64,000 nucleotides of DNA from Mycobacteriales bacterium (GCA_013362805.1 JABFVL010000008.1:18465-82464), one strand, 5' to 3'. Shown: positions 10,019 through 18,656, counted from the stretch's first letter. Numbers and translations are program-made. Notes: generated from the letters alone by a model not told the origin.

Positions 10019-10718
10019 TGGTGATCTCCGGAATGCTGAGCCGGTCTTCATACAGCGCTTTACCCACGATCGCGCCTTCGACCCCGAGGGTTTGTAGCTG
10101 GCGCAGGGCATCGACGGTGCTGACTCCCCCACTGGCGATCACTCGAGCTGAGGTGGCCCGCATCAGGTCAGTGATTTCGGCGTAGTTCGGCTCGGTGAGA
10201 GTGCCATCTTTAGACACGTCGGTGTACAAGAATCGCTGCACACCTTGGTGCGCTAGTTCGCGCGCGACGTCTAGAACATTGCCGGGTTCACTTTTGCGCC
10301 AGCCTCGACTTAGCAGCGTGCCGTTTCGAGTTTCTAGCGCCACTACCACATGGGCTGGATATTTCTTGAGCACGGTGTCAAACAGTGGTCGGTTCTCGAA
10401 CACCATTGTGCCCAACACCACGCGGAGCACACCGGCGTCGAGCAGCTCTTCCACATCTCGCAGGGTGCGAATGCCGCCGCCTACTTCGATAGGGATTCGC
10501 ACAGTTCGTGCGATTTCAGTGATGACTTTTCGGTTGGTCGATTCTCCATCGCGCGCGCCATCGAGGTCGACGATGTGTAGCATTCCGGCGCCTTGCGCTT
10601 CCCAGGTTTGCGCCACGGCCACCGGTTCGGCACTGTAGGTGGTTTTCTGCGCGAAGTCGCCTTGGGTGAGGCGGACGCATTGCCCGTCAAGAAGGTCAAT
10701 GGCGGGGATGACGATCAT
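10008..10718 (-). CDS. hisA: ProFAR isomerase HisA
   Basis: MIVIPAIDLLDGQCVRLTQGDF...HIVDLDGA...GGGIRT...ASGGVS. The start ATG at 10718 overlaps the hisH stop (ATGA). The upstream part of track ORF 10008..11072 is antisense or alternative-frame junk. Confidence 0.9.
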   Translation of the reverse strand: MIVIPAIDLLDGQCVRLTQGDFAQKTTYSAEPVAVAQTWEAQGAGMLHIVDLDGARDGESTNRKVITEIARTVRIPIEVGGGIRTLRDVEELLDAGVLRVVLGTMVFENRPLFDTVLKKYPAHVVVALETRNGTLLSRGWRKSEPGNVLDVARELAHQGVQRFLYTDVSKDGTLTEPNYAEITDLMRATSARVIASGGVSTVDALRQLQTLGVEGAIVGKALYEDRLSIPEITNVG

Positions 10719-11305
10719 GTGAGTCTCCAAAAGTTGCGCAGAAGTTCCAGGCCCGCTTCGCCACTTTTTTCTGGGTGGAATTGCACGCCGAATATGTTGT
10801 CTTGTTCTAGGGCCGAGCAGAATTCGATGCCGTATTCCGTTAGTCCGGCAACCGTGGCTGGCTCGGGCGCACAGTAGTAGGAGTGCACAAAGTAGAAATA
10901 TTCGTCTTCGAGACCTTTGAGTAGTCGGCCATTTTTGTACCGCACTTGATTCCAACCGATGTGGGGAATTTTCAATCCAGGTTCGAAGCGGTGTGCTTGA
11001 CCGGCCACAACGTCCAGGGTGGGCACGCGCCCTTCTTCGCTGCGGCTCAACAACAGTTGCATACCAAGGCAAATGCCGAGCACTGGCATACTTTGTCGAG
11101 CCGCGCTGGCGATGGCAACGTCGAGTGCCCGGCTGGTCAGCGCTTCCATTGCCGGGGCGGCAGCTCCGACACCGGGCACGATGAGTGCCCGTGCTTGCGA
11201 AAGCACCGCTGGATCGGCGGTGACTTCGTGCGAAATGTTCAACTTCCGCAATGCGTTGCTGACACTGCCGAGATTGCCGGCGCCATAGTCGAGGACCGCG
11301 AGCAT
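10715..11305 (-). CDS. hisH: imidazole glycerol phosphate synthase glutaminase subunit HisH
   Basis: MLAVLDYGAGNLGSVSNAL...GICLGMQLL...FVHSY...GVQFHPEKS carries the class-I glutamine amidotransferase triad. Confidence 0.9.
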   Translation of the reverse strand: MLAVLDYGAGNLGSVSNALRKLNISHEVTADPAVLSQARALIVPGVGAAAPAMEALTSRALDVAIASAARQSMPVLGICLGMQLLLSRSEEGRVPTLDVVAGQAHRFEPGLKIPHIGWNQVRYKNGRLLKGLEDEYFYFVHSYYCAPEPATVAGLTEYGIEFCSALEQDNIFGVQFHPEKSGEAGLELLRNFWRLT

Positions 11306-11899
11306 CTATAGCACCCCTTTGGTAGTCGGGAGCTGGTCTCCTAGCCGTGGATCCAAGGTCGTGGCCATTCGCAACGCTTTGGCTACGGCTTTGAAGATGC
11401 CTTCGGCACGGTGGTGATCGTTGCGGCCGAATTCCGATTTGATGTAAAGGTTGATTTTCGCGTTTTGGGCGAACGAGTCCCAGAAGTGGTAGATCATTTC
11501 GGTGCTCATATCACCTACTTTTTCGCGCGAAAATTCGACGTCGAAGCGAAACGAATAGCGACCGGACAGGTCGAGAGCTACGGTGCTCACGGCCTCATCC
11601 ATCGGCAAGATGAAATATCCGTGCCGGGCAATGCCACGCTTATCGCCTAGCGCTCCGGCAAGTGCGGTGCCCAAAGCGATGCCCGCGTCTTCCACAGTGT
11701 GGTGGTCATCGATAAAAGTGTCGCCAGTGGCGGCGACCCTGAGGTCAAACAGTCCGTGTTTCGCGAACTGTTCCAGCATGTGGGTCAAAAAGCCCACTGG
11801 GGTTTTAACGTCGCTGTTGCCTTTCCCATCAATGGTGAGAGATAGCTCTATCGCGGTTTCTTCAGTACGACGGTTCACATTTGCCTGACGACTATTCAT
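11306..11899 (-). CDS. hisB: imidazoleglycerol-phosphate dehydratase HisB (monofunctional)
   Basis: 197 aa with RRTEETAIELSLTIDGKG...DDHHTVEDAGIALG...GRNDHHRAEGIFKA. There is no HAD phosphatase domain. Confidence 0.9.
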   Translation of the reverse strand: MNSRQANVNRRTEETAIELSLTIDGKGNSDVKTPVGFLTHMLEQFAKHGLFDLRVAATGDTFIDDHHTVEDAGIALGTALAGALGDKRGIARHGYFILPMDEAVSTVALDLSGRYSFRFDVEFSREKVGDMSTEMIYHFWDSFAQNAKINLYIKSEFGRNDHHRAEGIFKAVAKALRMATTLDPRLGDQLPTTKGVL

Positions 11900-13160
11900 A
11901 ACGCAACTCCATGGCCCGTTGGTGGGCGGTCAACATTTCTTGTTCGGCGAGCGCCGACACGATGGGGCCGATTGTTTTAGCGCCTTGCTCATCCACCTGT
12001 TGAAAGGTGATGTGTTTTTGAAAGCTGGCTAGAGATACGCCGCCGTATGCGCGGGCGTATCCGCTGGTGGGAAGCACGTGATTGGTGCCGCTGGCATAGT
12101 CGCCAGCGGATTCACAGGAGTATGGGCCCAAAAACACCGAACCCGCATTAGTGATGGCTGGCACCCAGTTCGCCGCGTCTTCGACGTTGACGATGAGGTG
12201 CTCGGGTGCGTAGCTGTTTGAGAATGCGATGGCGTCGTTTATGGAGTCGACGACCAACACGAAACTGTGTTCGAGAGCTTGTTCGGCAATCGCCGCGCGG
12301 GGCAGCGCCGCGCACTGCTTCCCTACCTCTTCAACTATGCGATTGGCTTGGGTGATGTCGGTGCATACCGCGATGCCCACTGAATCGGGGCCGTGTTCGG
12401 CTTGAGAAAGCAGGTCGGCGGCGACAAAGTCAGCGCGCGCGTTCTGATCGGCGATGACCATCACTTCACTTGGCCCGGCTGGCATATCTATCGCGGCGCC
12501 CTGCGGGTCAATCGAAACCAACATTTTGGCGGCCATCACATATTGGTTTCCAGGGCCAAATATCTTGTCTACTTTCGGCACTGTTTCTGTGCCATATGCC
12601 ATCGCCGCCACCGCTTGTGCCCCGCCGATGGGGTAGATCTGCGATATCCCACATAGTTGTGCGGCATAAGCGATGCTGTCGGCAACCCCGCCTTGTTTCG
12701 TGGGTGGGGTCACCAACACGATTTCTGAACAGCCAGCGAGCAGTGCTGGTATAGCCAGCATCAACACGGTGGAGGGCAGCGGCGCGGTGCCTCCTGGGAT
12801 ATAGAGGCCCACTTTTTCAATGGGCCGCATTTCGGTGAAGCAGTTCACGCCCGGCATAGTTTCGACAGCGCGACGGTCGGTGTTTTGGGCTTGGTGAAAT
12901 TTCGAGATGTTCGCGGCCGCCGCTGAAAACGCGGTTTTCACTTCGGCTCCGAGCGTGCCACCCGCATCGGCGACTGATATTGGCCGGATTGATGTGTCGA
13001 TGCCATCAAATCGCGCGGTGAACTTTTGCACAGCACTATCACCGGAGGCTTTCACCTGGGTGAGGACATCTTTTACCGCTGGAACAATCGCCTCTAGGCT
13101 TACCGCTTTGCGCTGACAGAGCGCTAAAAGGTCCGCTTCTTTCGCTGAATAGATTTTCAT
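11892..13160 (-). CDS. hisD: histidinol dehydrogenase HisD
   Basis: Contains LYIPGGTAPLPSTVLM, GPGNQYV, SQAEHGPDS and PEHL motifs. The start is set at ATG 13160 (MKIYS), which overlaps the hisG stop as ATGA. Confidence 0.9.
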   Translation of the reverse strand: MKIYSAKEADLLALCQRKAVSLEAIVPAVKDVLTQVKASGDSAVQKFTARFDGIDTSIRPISVADAGGTLGAEVKTAFSAAAANISKFHQAQNTDRRAVETMPGVNCFTEMRPIEKVGLYIPGGTAPLPSTVLMLAIPALLAGCSEIVLVTPPTKQGGVADSIAYAAQLCGISQIYPIGGAQAVAAMAYGTETVPKVDKIFGPGNQYVMAAKMLVSIDPQGAAIDMPAGPSEVMVIADQNARADFVAADLLSQAEHGPDSVGIAVCTDITQANRIVEEVGKQCAALPRAAIAEQALEHSFVLVVDSINDAIAFSNSYAPEHLIVNVEDAANWVPAITNAGSVFLGPYSCESAGDYASGTNHVLPTSGYARAYGGVSLASFQKHITFQQVDEQGAKTIGPIVSALAEQEMLTAHQRAMELRYE

Positions 13161-13819
13161 GACGCTCCCCAAATAAACGATGCCGGGCCCACGTTGTCAC
13201 CGGCAATGATGACCGCTTCGGAGCGCAGCAGCGTGCCGATTTTGCGTAGTCCGTTCGCTTTGAGCGTCGAGCCGGTTTGAGTGACATCGCATATCGCGTC
13301 CGCCAAGCCCAGGGCCGGTGCGGCTTCTACGGCTCCACCTATTTGGATGATCGTCGCGTCAATGTCGTTGTCGCGTAGTTTTTTGCGCAGACTGTTTGGA
13401 TATGACGTCGCGATTCGGGTGCCGTTCAGATCGGCTAGCTGGCGAATAGGTGAACCATCTGGTGCGGCCACCATCACTTCGCAGGCGCCAAAGCCTAGTT
13501 TTTCTTGGACCGCGACGGCGGAGTCTTGTTCGTACAGCACGTTCTCACCGACGATGCCAAAGTCAGCCGCTCCACTTTGCACATAGTTTGGAATGTCGCT
13601 GTGCCGCACAAACACAATTTCGATGTTTCCAGGACAGGCGACAATAAGGGCGCGGTCGTTGTCGGATTGGTTTGGGGCGATGCCTCGGTCAGACAAAAGA
13701 GCCATGCTGGCGTCTTTGAGTCGCCCGGATTTTTGCACCGCGATTCGAATATTGGTGCGAGTCGAGGTGGTTTGCCACCTGACCGGCGCGACATCGCTTA
13801 ACAAAGATTTGGTAATCAT
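13157..13819 (-). CDS. hisG: ATP phosphoribosyltransferase HisG, catalytic domains only
   Basis: 220 aa with IRIAVQKSGRL..., DFGIVGENVL, RIATSYPN and GLADAICDVTQTGSTLKANGL. It ends right after the catalytic core, with no C-terminal regulatory domain. The N-terminal start is uncertain. Confidence 0.85.
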   Translation of the reverse strand: MITKSLLSDVAPVRWQTTSTRTNIRIAVQKSGRLKDASMALLSDRGIAPNQSDNDRALIVACPGNIEIVFVRHSDIPNYVQSGAADFGIVGENVLYEQDSAVAVQEKLGFGACEVMVAAPDGSPIRQLADLNGTRIATSYPNSLRKKLRDNDIDATIIQIGGAVEAAPALGLADAICDVTQTGSTLKANGLRKIGTLLRSEAVIIAGDNVGPASFIWGAS

Positions 13820-13837
13820 CTGCCTGTCTTTTCGAAT

Positions 13838-13873
13838 GAGAAAACAAAAAAGCCCTTCGCTGAGCGAAGGGCT
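13838..13873 (-). terminator. Rho-independent terminator between the yerC-like gene and hisG
   Basis: On the minus strand, AGCCCTTCGC-TCA-GCGAAGGGCT (10-bp perfect stem, 13873-13851) is followed by TTTTTTGTTTTCTC. Confidence 0.7.
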
Positions 13874-13888
13874 GAAAGTTGGGTGAGG

Positions 13889-14164
13889 TTACTGGGTTTT
13901 TTCCAGCACCAACTTGTAGCCGCCTTCGCCATGGTTTAACCAATGAGCGACGCGGGTGACGGTGGCGGTGCTGGAGCCGGTTTGTTTGGCGACTTCGCGA
14001 TAGGGCATGTCGTTGTTGACGAGTTTGGCGACGTGGAGACGCTCGGCCATCGCCGCGAGTTCAGAGCGGGTGCACAGGTCTGTGAAGAAGGCGGCGCATT
14101 CTTGCGGGGTTTTTAGGGAGGCGATAGCTGCGTAGAGCTCTTGAGCTTGCGCGTTGTCGTCCAT
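13889..14164 (-). CDS. TrpR-like YerC/YecD-family DNA-binding protein
   Basis: ELYAAIASLKTPQECAAFFTDLCTRSELAAMAERLHVAKLV...MPYREVAKQTGSSTATVTRVAHWLNHGEGGY is the hallmark of the YerC/YecD Trp-repressor-like family. The track start TTG at 14170 is less likely than ATG at 14164. Confidence 0.8.
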   Translation of the reverse strand: MDDNAQAQELYAAIASLKTPQECAAFFTDLCTRSELAAMAERLHVAKLVNNDMPYREVAKQTGSSTATVTRVAHWLNHGEGGYKLVLEKTQ

Positions 14165-14182
14165 CACCAATCCCGTCGCCGT

Positions 14183-14200
14183 GTTTTAACGTGTTAAAAC
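14183..14200. promoter_or_regulatory. AT-rich perfect palindrome, candidate operator upstream of the yerC-like gene
   Basis: GTTTTAAC-GT-GTTAAAAC lies 19-36 nt upstream of the ATG and is flanked by the outer complementary arms CGCCGTG/CACGGCG (14177-14212). Confidence 0.4.
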
Positions 14201-14238
14201 GTTAGCACGGCGACCCGCGTTGATGTCAACCCCAAATC

Positions 14239-14913
14239 TCAGGCATACAGCGCCAAAAACACCCCGACGTAATGACTCAGCGCCGCCAACACGGTTGCCG
14301 CGTGGAAAAACTCGTGATGCCCGAACTGCGTCCACGGATTCGGCCACTTCGTGGCATACAGCACCGCCCCGACCGTGTAAAAAACCCCACCAACAGCGAG
14401 CAAAACAACAATCGCGACGCCACCAAAGCGCAGCAAATCGGCCATCACAAAAACAGCGGCCCAACCCAAGGCGATGTAGAGCGGCACCGAAACCCAACGG
14501 GGCGTGCCCGGGAAAAACATCTTCAACGCCACACCCAACGCGGCCGCCGACCACACCACCCACAGCAACAAAGTCGCGCTCGACTTCGGCAACAACAGCA
14601 CACTGAAAGGGGTATAAGTCGCCGCGATGAACAAGAAGATCATCGAATGATCCGAGCGCTTCATGATGCGATACCCCAGCGGGCCCCAAGTCCGCCGGTG
14701 ATAGAGGGCACTCACCCCGAACAAACCGCAGGTGCCCACCGCGTACACGACGCAGCTCACTAACGGCGCGATGCCCGGGCGGGTCGCCGCGAACGCACAC
14801 AAGACCACGCCAGCCACAGCGGCCACAACGCTGGCATACAAATGGATCCACCCACGCGCACGCGGTCGACTAGCAGCCTTTTTAGCCTGTTCAAGGAGGG
14901 TTGTTGACACCAC
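14239..14913 (-). CDS. hemolysin III / PAQR-family membrane protein
   Basis: 224 aa with 7 hydrophobic helices. GWIHLYA, SALYHR, DHSMIFLFIAATYTPF and HHEFFHAATV are typical of the Hly-III family. Confidence 0.85.
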   Translation of the reverse strand: MVSTTLLEQAKKAASRPRARGWIHLYASVVAAVAGVVLCAFAATRPGIAPLVSCVVYAVGTCGLFGVSALYHRRTWGPLGYRIMKRSDHSMIFLFIAATYTPFSVLLLPKSSATLLLWVVWSAAALGVALKMFFPGTPRWVSVPLYIALGWAAVFVMADLLRFGGVAIVVLLAVGGVFYTVGAVLYATKWPNPWTQFGHHEFFHAATVLAALSHYVGVFLALYA

Positions 14914-15097
14914 ACAGCCAGGTTACTCGACCGTAGGTAGCGACCACTTTTCGCCAAGAAATTGTTTACCCACAGTTCACGCCAATACGACGCGCGGCGG
15001 ACGGCACCGCGCCACTACGAAGAGCTTGCCTGGCGCTTCACCTGTGATCTCCATGAAGTAACCAAGCCGCACACCATTTGGCAACTAACATCACGGC

Positions 15098-16246
15098 ATG
15101 CCAGCGAATACCCGCGATGCCGCTGTTCTTGCCTCACTCCACGAGCATTTAGCGAAACAGCCCGGAGCTGATCTTCCCCTGGAGGCTGTTCTGAAGGAGC
15201 TCATCGCCGATATTGAAGAGCCCGGGGAGGGAAGCATTCTCACGGATCTACTGGGGCCACATCTGCCGGAACCAGGCAGCGACAGAGCTCGCTATTTCGC
15301 TATGGAACTAAAGAACGGTGCTGTTGCCGAAGCGCTTGGCGGAAGATCCCCAGAACTGGCGGCCATGTTGCCCGCGTTGCGGGCGGGCCGTCACGACGAG
15401 ATGTATATGAGAGATTTTGGGCTCGCCGTTCTCGATACGGTTTACCAACGAAAAACCTATTTCACGGACCTGCTCAAGCGCGGCTTGCAAATGAACATTC
15501 CTTCCCGCGGTCGCGCACTATTTGTCGTCGAGCTACTTGCCGCACACGACACGGGTAACCGCCCGATCCAGGTGTTGGCGCTTGGCCCGAGCGCTGGCCT
15601 GGATCTACTGGCCGATCGCTATCGATACGCTTTTGACGGGGAAATATACGGCAGCAAAACGGCCGCCACGGTCATTAAGAATGGTTGGGGTGAAGCCGGA
15701 GAACACCGCAAGAAATTGCGCAGGTTCTTGTCCCAAGACTTGCCGCCAATTACTCGGAAAGGTTGCGATCTTTTTCCTCTCGATGCTACTAGCGAGAATG
15801 GTCAAGCTCTCTTACTTGCCCCGGTCGCACAATTGGACGAATACTTTAAGGAGTGCGAGACCGCGCTAAGCGACGCGAATGCCGAACAAAATCTTCTCTC
15901 CATAGTTAAAGGGCATGCCCCAAACTGGCTGGCACGAGAGCTATCCGATCGCCCGGAGGGCAAAACCACTATTGTGTGGAGTTCCACAATGGAGCGGTAC
16001 CTGTCTGTCCACGAGCGCGCCCAACTCCACGACACGGTTACGGCCGCAAAAGCGCACGCGACTGAGAGCAGCCCCTTCTATTACGTGCGTCTGGACTGCC
16101 CCGATGTCGCCAATCCGAACGCCCAAACTCTCCATGTCGAATCGGCGCCAAAAATGCGAACATTCAGCCTGCCCGTTTATGCCGGGGCTAATTTTTCGCT
16201 CGCTGACTTTTACGATGCGGCAATGCCCACGTTTGTAAAGAGATAG
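15098..16246 (+). CDS. DUF2332-like protein
   Basis: 382 aa. The motif LALGPSAGLDLLADRYRY and the later GCDLFPLD...TIVWSSTMERYL resemble the DUF2332 pattern as I recall it. Confidence 0.55.
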   Translation: MPANTRDAAVLASLHEHLAKQPGADLPLEAVLKELIADIEEPGEGSILTDLLGPHLPEPGSDRARYFAMELKNGAVAEALGGRSPELAAMLPALRAGRHDEMYMRDFGLAVLDTVYQRKTYFTDLLKRGLQMNIPSRGRALFVVELLAAHDTGNRPIQVLALGPSAGLDLLADRYRYAFDGEIYGSKTAATVIKNGWGEAGEHRKKLRRFLSQDLPPITRKGCDLFPLDATSENGQALLLAPVAQLDEYFKECETALSDANAEQNLLSIVKGHAPNWLARELSDRPEGKTTIVWSSTMERYLSVHERAQLHDTVTAAKAHATESSPFYYVRLDCPDVANPNAQTLHVESAPKMRTFSLPVYAGANFSLADFYDAAMPTFVKR

Positions 16247-16392
16247 ATCACGAACCGCACGGAGCCTAATCCGAAGTTCGGCATTTTTCGGTATCTCGAC
16301 AATCGCGTCCTGCCACATTGATTCCAGCTTGGCGCTCACCCCTATCGCCGTAGCGGCCATGACATGAGCGGTAGTCAGTTAGACTACCTACC

Positions 16393-16749
16393 ATGATCGG
16401 AGAAATAAGACAGCAATGGCTACATGGGTTCCTGGAACTGTGTCTATTGTCGTTACTCGCTGAGCGGAAAGACTACGGGGTAGGCCTCATGGAGCGGCTG
16501 GCTCAAGCCGGATTTGGCGAGGTGCCGGGCGGAACGCTATATCCCTCACTGCTTCGCCTGGAGAAGCATGGTCTGGTTTACACCACACGCGAGCCCTCAC
16601 CGTCGGGCCCTCCACGAAAGTATTACGAACTCACCGAGCAGGGGCAGGCCGCACGAGTCGAGCGAGCACGCGCCTGGAGGAACTTTCGTACCGCAGTGGA
16701 CGCCGTGACTTTCAATACGCAAGGCACGCTTGTGGAGGAACCATGGTGA
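16393..16749 (+). CDS. PadR-family transcriptional regulator
   Basis: LELCLLSLLAERKDYGVGLMERL...GGTLYPSLLRLEKHGLV...RKYYELTEQG is a winged-helix PadR signature. Confidence 0.85.
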   Translation: MIGEIRQQWLHGFLELCLLSLLAERKDYGVGLMERLAQAGFGEVPGGTLYPSLLRLEKHGLVYTTREPSPSGPPRKYYELTEQGQAARVERARAWRNFRTAVDAVTFNTQGTLVEEPW

Positions 16750-17573
16750 CCGCCCACCAATGGGGCGCGCAAATGCGCGACCGCCTGATCGACTGCGGCA
16801 TGGAAGCTAGTGAAGCGCTCAAACTCACGGACGAGTTCCTGGCCGAGGCGCAGAGCGCCGGCCAAGACCCCGCTGAGCTCTATGGGCCCGCCGTGTCTTA
16901 CGCCACGGCGATCGCGCAGAGCATTCGCGTGAACCTCACGAGAACCGCTCCTTTGCAGCAGACGCGTGGTGAGGTCGTGCTTCGACTGCGGCAGGTGACG
17001 AAACGCTACCGACGACGCGTCGCACTACAGGAGGTTGATCTGACCTTACACGCAGGTGAAATAGCGGCAGTTGTAGGCGCGAACGGGTCGGGGAAATCGA
17101 CTCTCATGAACATCTGCGCCGGCATCATCAGGGCCACGAGCGGCACAGTCGAAAGGACACCACGGGTTGGCTACGCACCCCAAAGCCACGGAGTTTCCCC
17201 ACTGCTCACCGCAGCTGAGCATTTCGAGCTCTTCGGCGCGATCCACGGTATGCGAGGACGCAGATCGCAATCAATCGGAAACCAGTTGTCACGCCATTTG
17301 GGCTGGTCGCCACGACCAGGAGTCTTAGCAGGTCATCTCTCGGGTGGCACACAACAGAAACTCAACGTTGTTCTTAGTGAATTGAATCGACCCGACTTGA
17401 TCTTGCTCGATGAGCCATACCAAGGCTTTGACCAGGAGTCATACCTCGACTTTTGGGAACAAGTGTTCGCGTGGCGCGAGGCTGGCGCCGGCGTGCTCGT
17501 CGTCACTCACCTACTACATGACGTAGAGCGCGTCGACCACGTGCTGGAACTACGAAAAGGAGACGAGTCATGA
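16743..17573 (+). CDS. ABC transporter ATP-binding protein with an N-terminal extension of about 90 aa (DUF1048/HAAS-like)
   Basis: Walker A is GANGSGKST, the signature is LSGGTQQK and Walker B is LLDEP. The start overlaps the PadR stop by 7 nt. The N-terminal helical region is RDRLIDCGMEASEALKLTDEFLAEAQSAGQDPAELYGPAVSYA. Confidence 0.85.
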   Translation: MVTAHQWGAQMRDRLIDCGMEASEALKLTDEFLAEAQSAGQDPAELYGPAVSYATAIAQSIRVNLTRTAPLQQTRGEVVLRLRQVTKRYRRRVALQEVDLTLHAGEIAAVVGANGSGKSTLMNICAGIIRATSGTVERTPRVGYAPQSHGVSPLLTAAEHFELFGAIHGMRGRRSQSIGNQLSRHLGWSPRPGVLAGHLSGGTQQKLNVVLSELNRPDLILLDEPYQGFDQESYLDFWEQVFAWREAGAGVLVVTHLLHDVERVDHVLELRKGDES

Positions 17574-18274
17574 CGACGCTCACGGTCGCGGTCACTAGTA
17601 TGCGCGAGCTCGCGAGGCGGCGGATCGCGTTGTTGTTTATCTGGCTATTACCCCTAGTTTTCTATGTCGCGCGCATAGACGTGCATTGGCAAGCGATCCG
17701 TTTCCTTGCCATCGGTGTGGGATGGGCCATGGCCACGCTCGCCTTGTTCAGCCACGTGGGCGCTCGGCGACTCGACCAGCGTCTGGCGGTCATCGGAGCC
17801 TCGCCCACCGCACTCTTTTTCGGACGACAACTTGCCCTAATAGCAATTGGCTTCCCTGTCGCGGGAGGATACTTTCTCCTCGTCGCAGCCACGCAGGATG
17901 TGGTGCGCGTGTGGGCAGTAGGGCTACTCTTGGCGACTACCGTGCTCATCGCAGCGCCTATCGGCGCGGTCGTCAGTCTAGTTGTACCTCGCGAGCTTGA
18001 AGGCGCACTCGCACTCCTCCCCATAATGGCTTTGCAACTCTTAGTTGATCCTGCAGACACGATCGCCAAGACCCTGCCACTGTGGTCGACTCGCGAGCTA
18101 TCCGCCTACGCCATCGAACTAGTCGATGCAGACCGCCTATGGCATGGGCTGCTGCATTTCGGATTCGTGTTGACTCTGTTCGTACTAGCCGGTTGGCTCG
18201 CCAGCATCATTCGGCTCGCCCCGGCGAAGCTTCCCCCGCCACAGATAGCGGCTGACCATTTGAGGGCGGGATGA
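17570..18274 (+). CDS. ABC-2-type transporter permease
   Basis: 234 aa with about 6 hydrophobic helices. The start overlaps the ATPase stop as ATGA. Confidence 0.7.
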   Translation: MTTLTVAVTSMRELARRRIALLFIWLLPLVFYVARIDVHWQAIRFLAIGVGWAMATLALFSHVGARRLDQRLAVIGASPTALFFGRQLALIAIGFPVAGGYFLLVAATQDVVRVWAVGLLLATTVLIAAPIGAVVSLVVPRELEGALALLPIMALQLLVDPADTIAKTLPLWSTRELSAYAIELVDADRLWHGLLHFGFVLTLFVLAGWLASIIRLAPAKLPPPQIAADHLRAG

Positions 18275-18285
18275 GGACGCAATTT

Positions 18286-18318
18286 GACGTAATGCCGTGG
18301 CCCCCACGGCATTACGTC
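18286..18318. terminator. hairpin between convergent genes
   Basis: GACGTAATGCCGTGG-ccc-CCACGGCATTACGTC has 15-bp perfect arms and lies 12 nt after the permease stop. There is no clear U-tract. Confidence 0.5.
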
Positions 18319-18341
18319 CGACTAAAAGCACGGAAGGAACA

Positions 18342-18656
18342 TCATCCACGGCTCACAACGACGCCGTGGATTTCTTGAAACGCCACAGCGGCCACAATGG
18401 CTCTATTGCTCAGTTCCATGCCAGGCGGAACAACAATGAGCTTGCCCTCATCGGACTTATCTTCAGCGCCATAAATAATGGCGATGCACTCCCCGGTCAC
18501 CACCTCAAGCGACACATTCTCGCCCAGATAATAAGCCCTGAGTTCATCACCTTTCGGCGTCTCAAAGTTGCGAACGTAGCCAAAGTTCGCGTGAAAAATA
18601 AACCCATGCACAGGGTGAGTGCTGCCATATGGTCGATCAATATTCAGCTTCACCAT
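18342..18656 (-). CDS. small inorganic-pyrophosphatase-like protein
   Basis: MVKLNIDRPYGSTHPVHGFIFHANFGYV...DELRAYYLGE...GECIAIIYGAEDKSDEGKLIV matches the roughly 110-aa family usually annotated as inorganic diphosphatase. The start is set at the internal ATG (18656). Confidence 0.55.
   Translation of the reverse strand: MVKLNIDRPYGSTHPVHGFIFHANFGYVRNFETPKGDELRAYYLGENVSLEVVTGECIAIIYGAEDKSDEGKLIVVPPGMELSNRAIVAAVAFQEIHGVVVSRG

Noticed and set aside
13820-13888. His-rich leader peptide or T-box attenuator ahead of hisG
   Set aside because: There is no run of His codons and no T-box-sized leader. The spacer is only about 70 nt and holds a simple terminator hairpin.
14186-14851. 221-aa and 163-aa alternative-frame ORFs over the hemolysin-III locus
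   Set aside because: The frame giving the seven-helix Hly-III protein with conserved His/Asp motifs is clearly the coding one. The others are Arg/Gly/Pro-rich junk.
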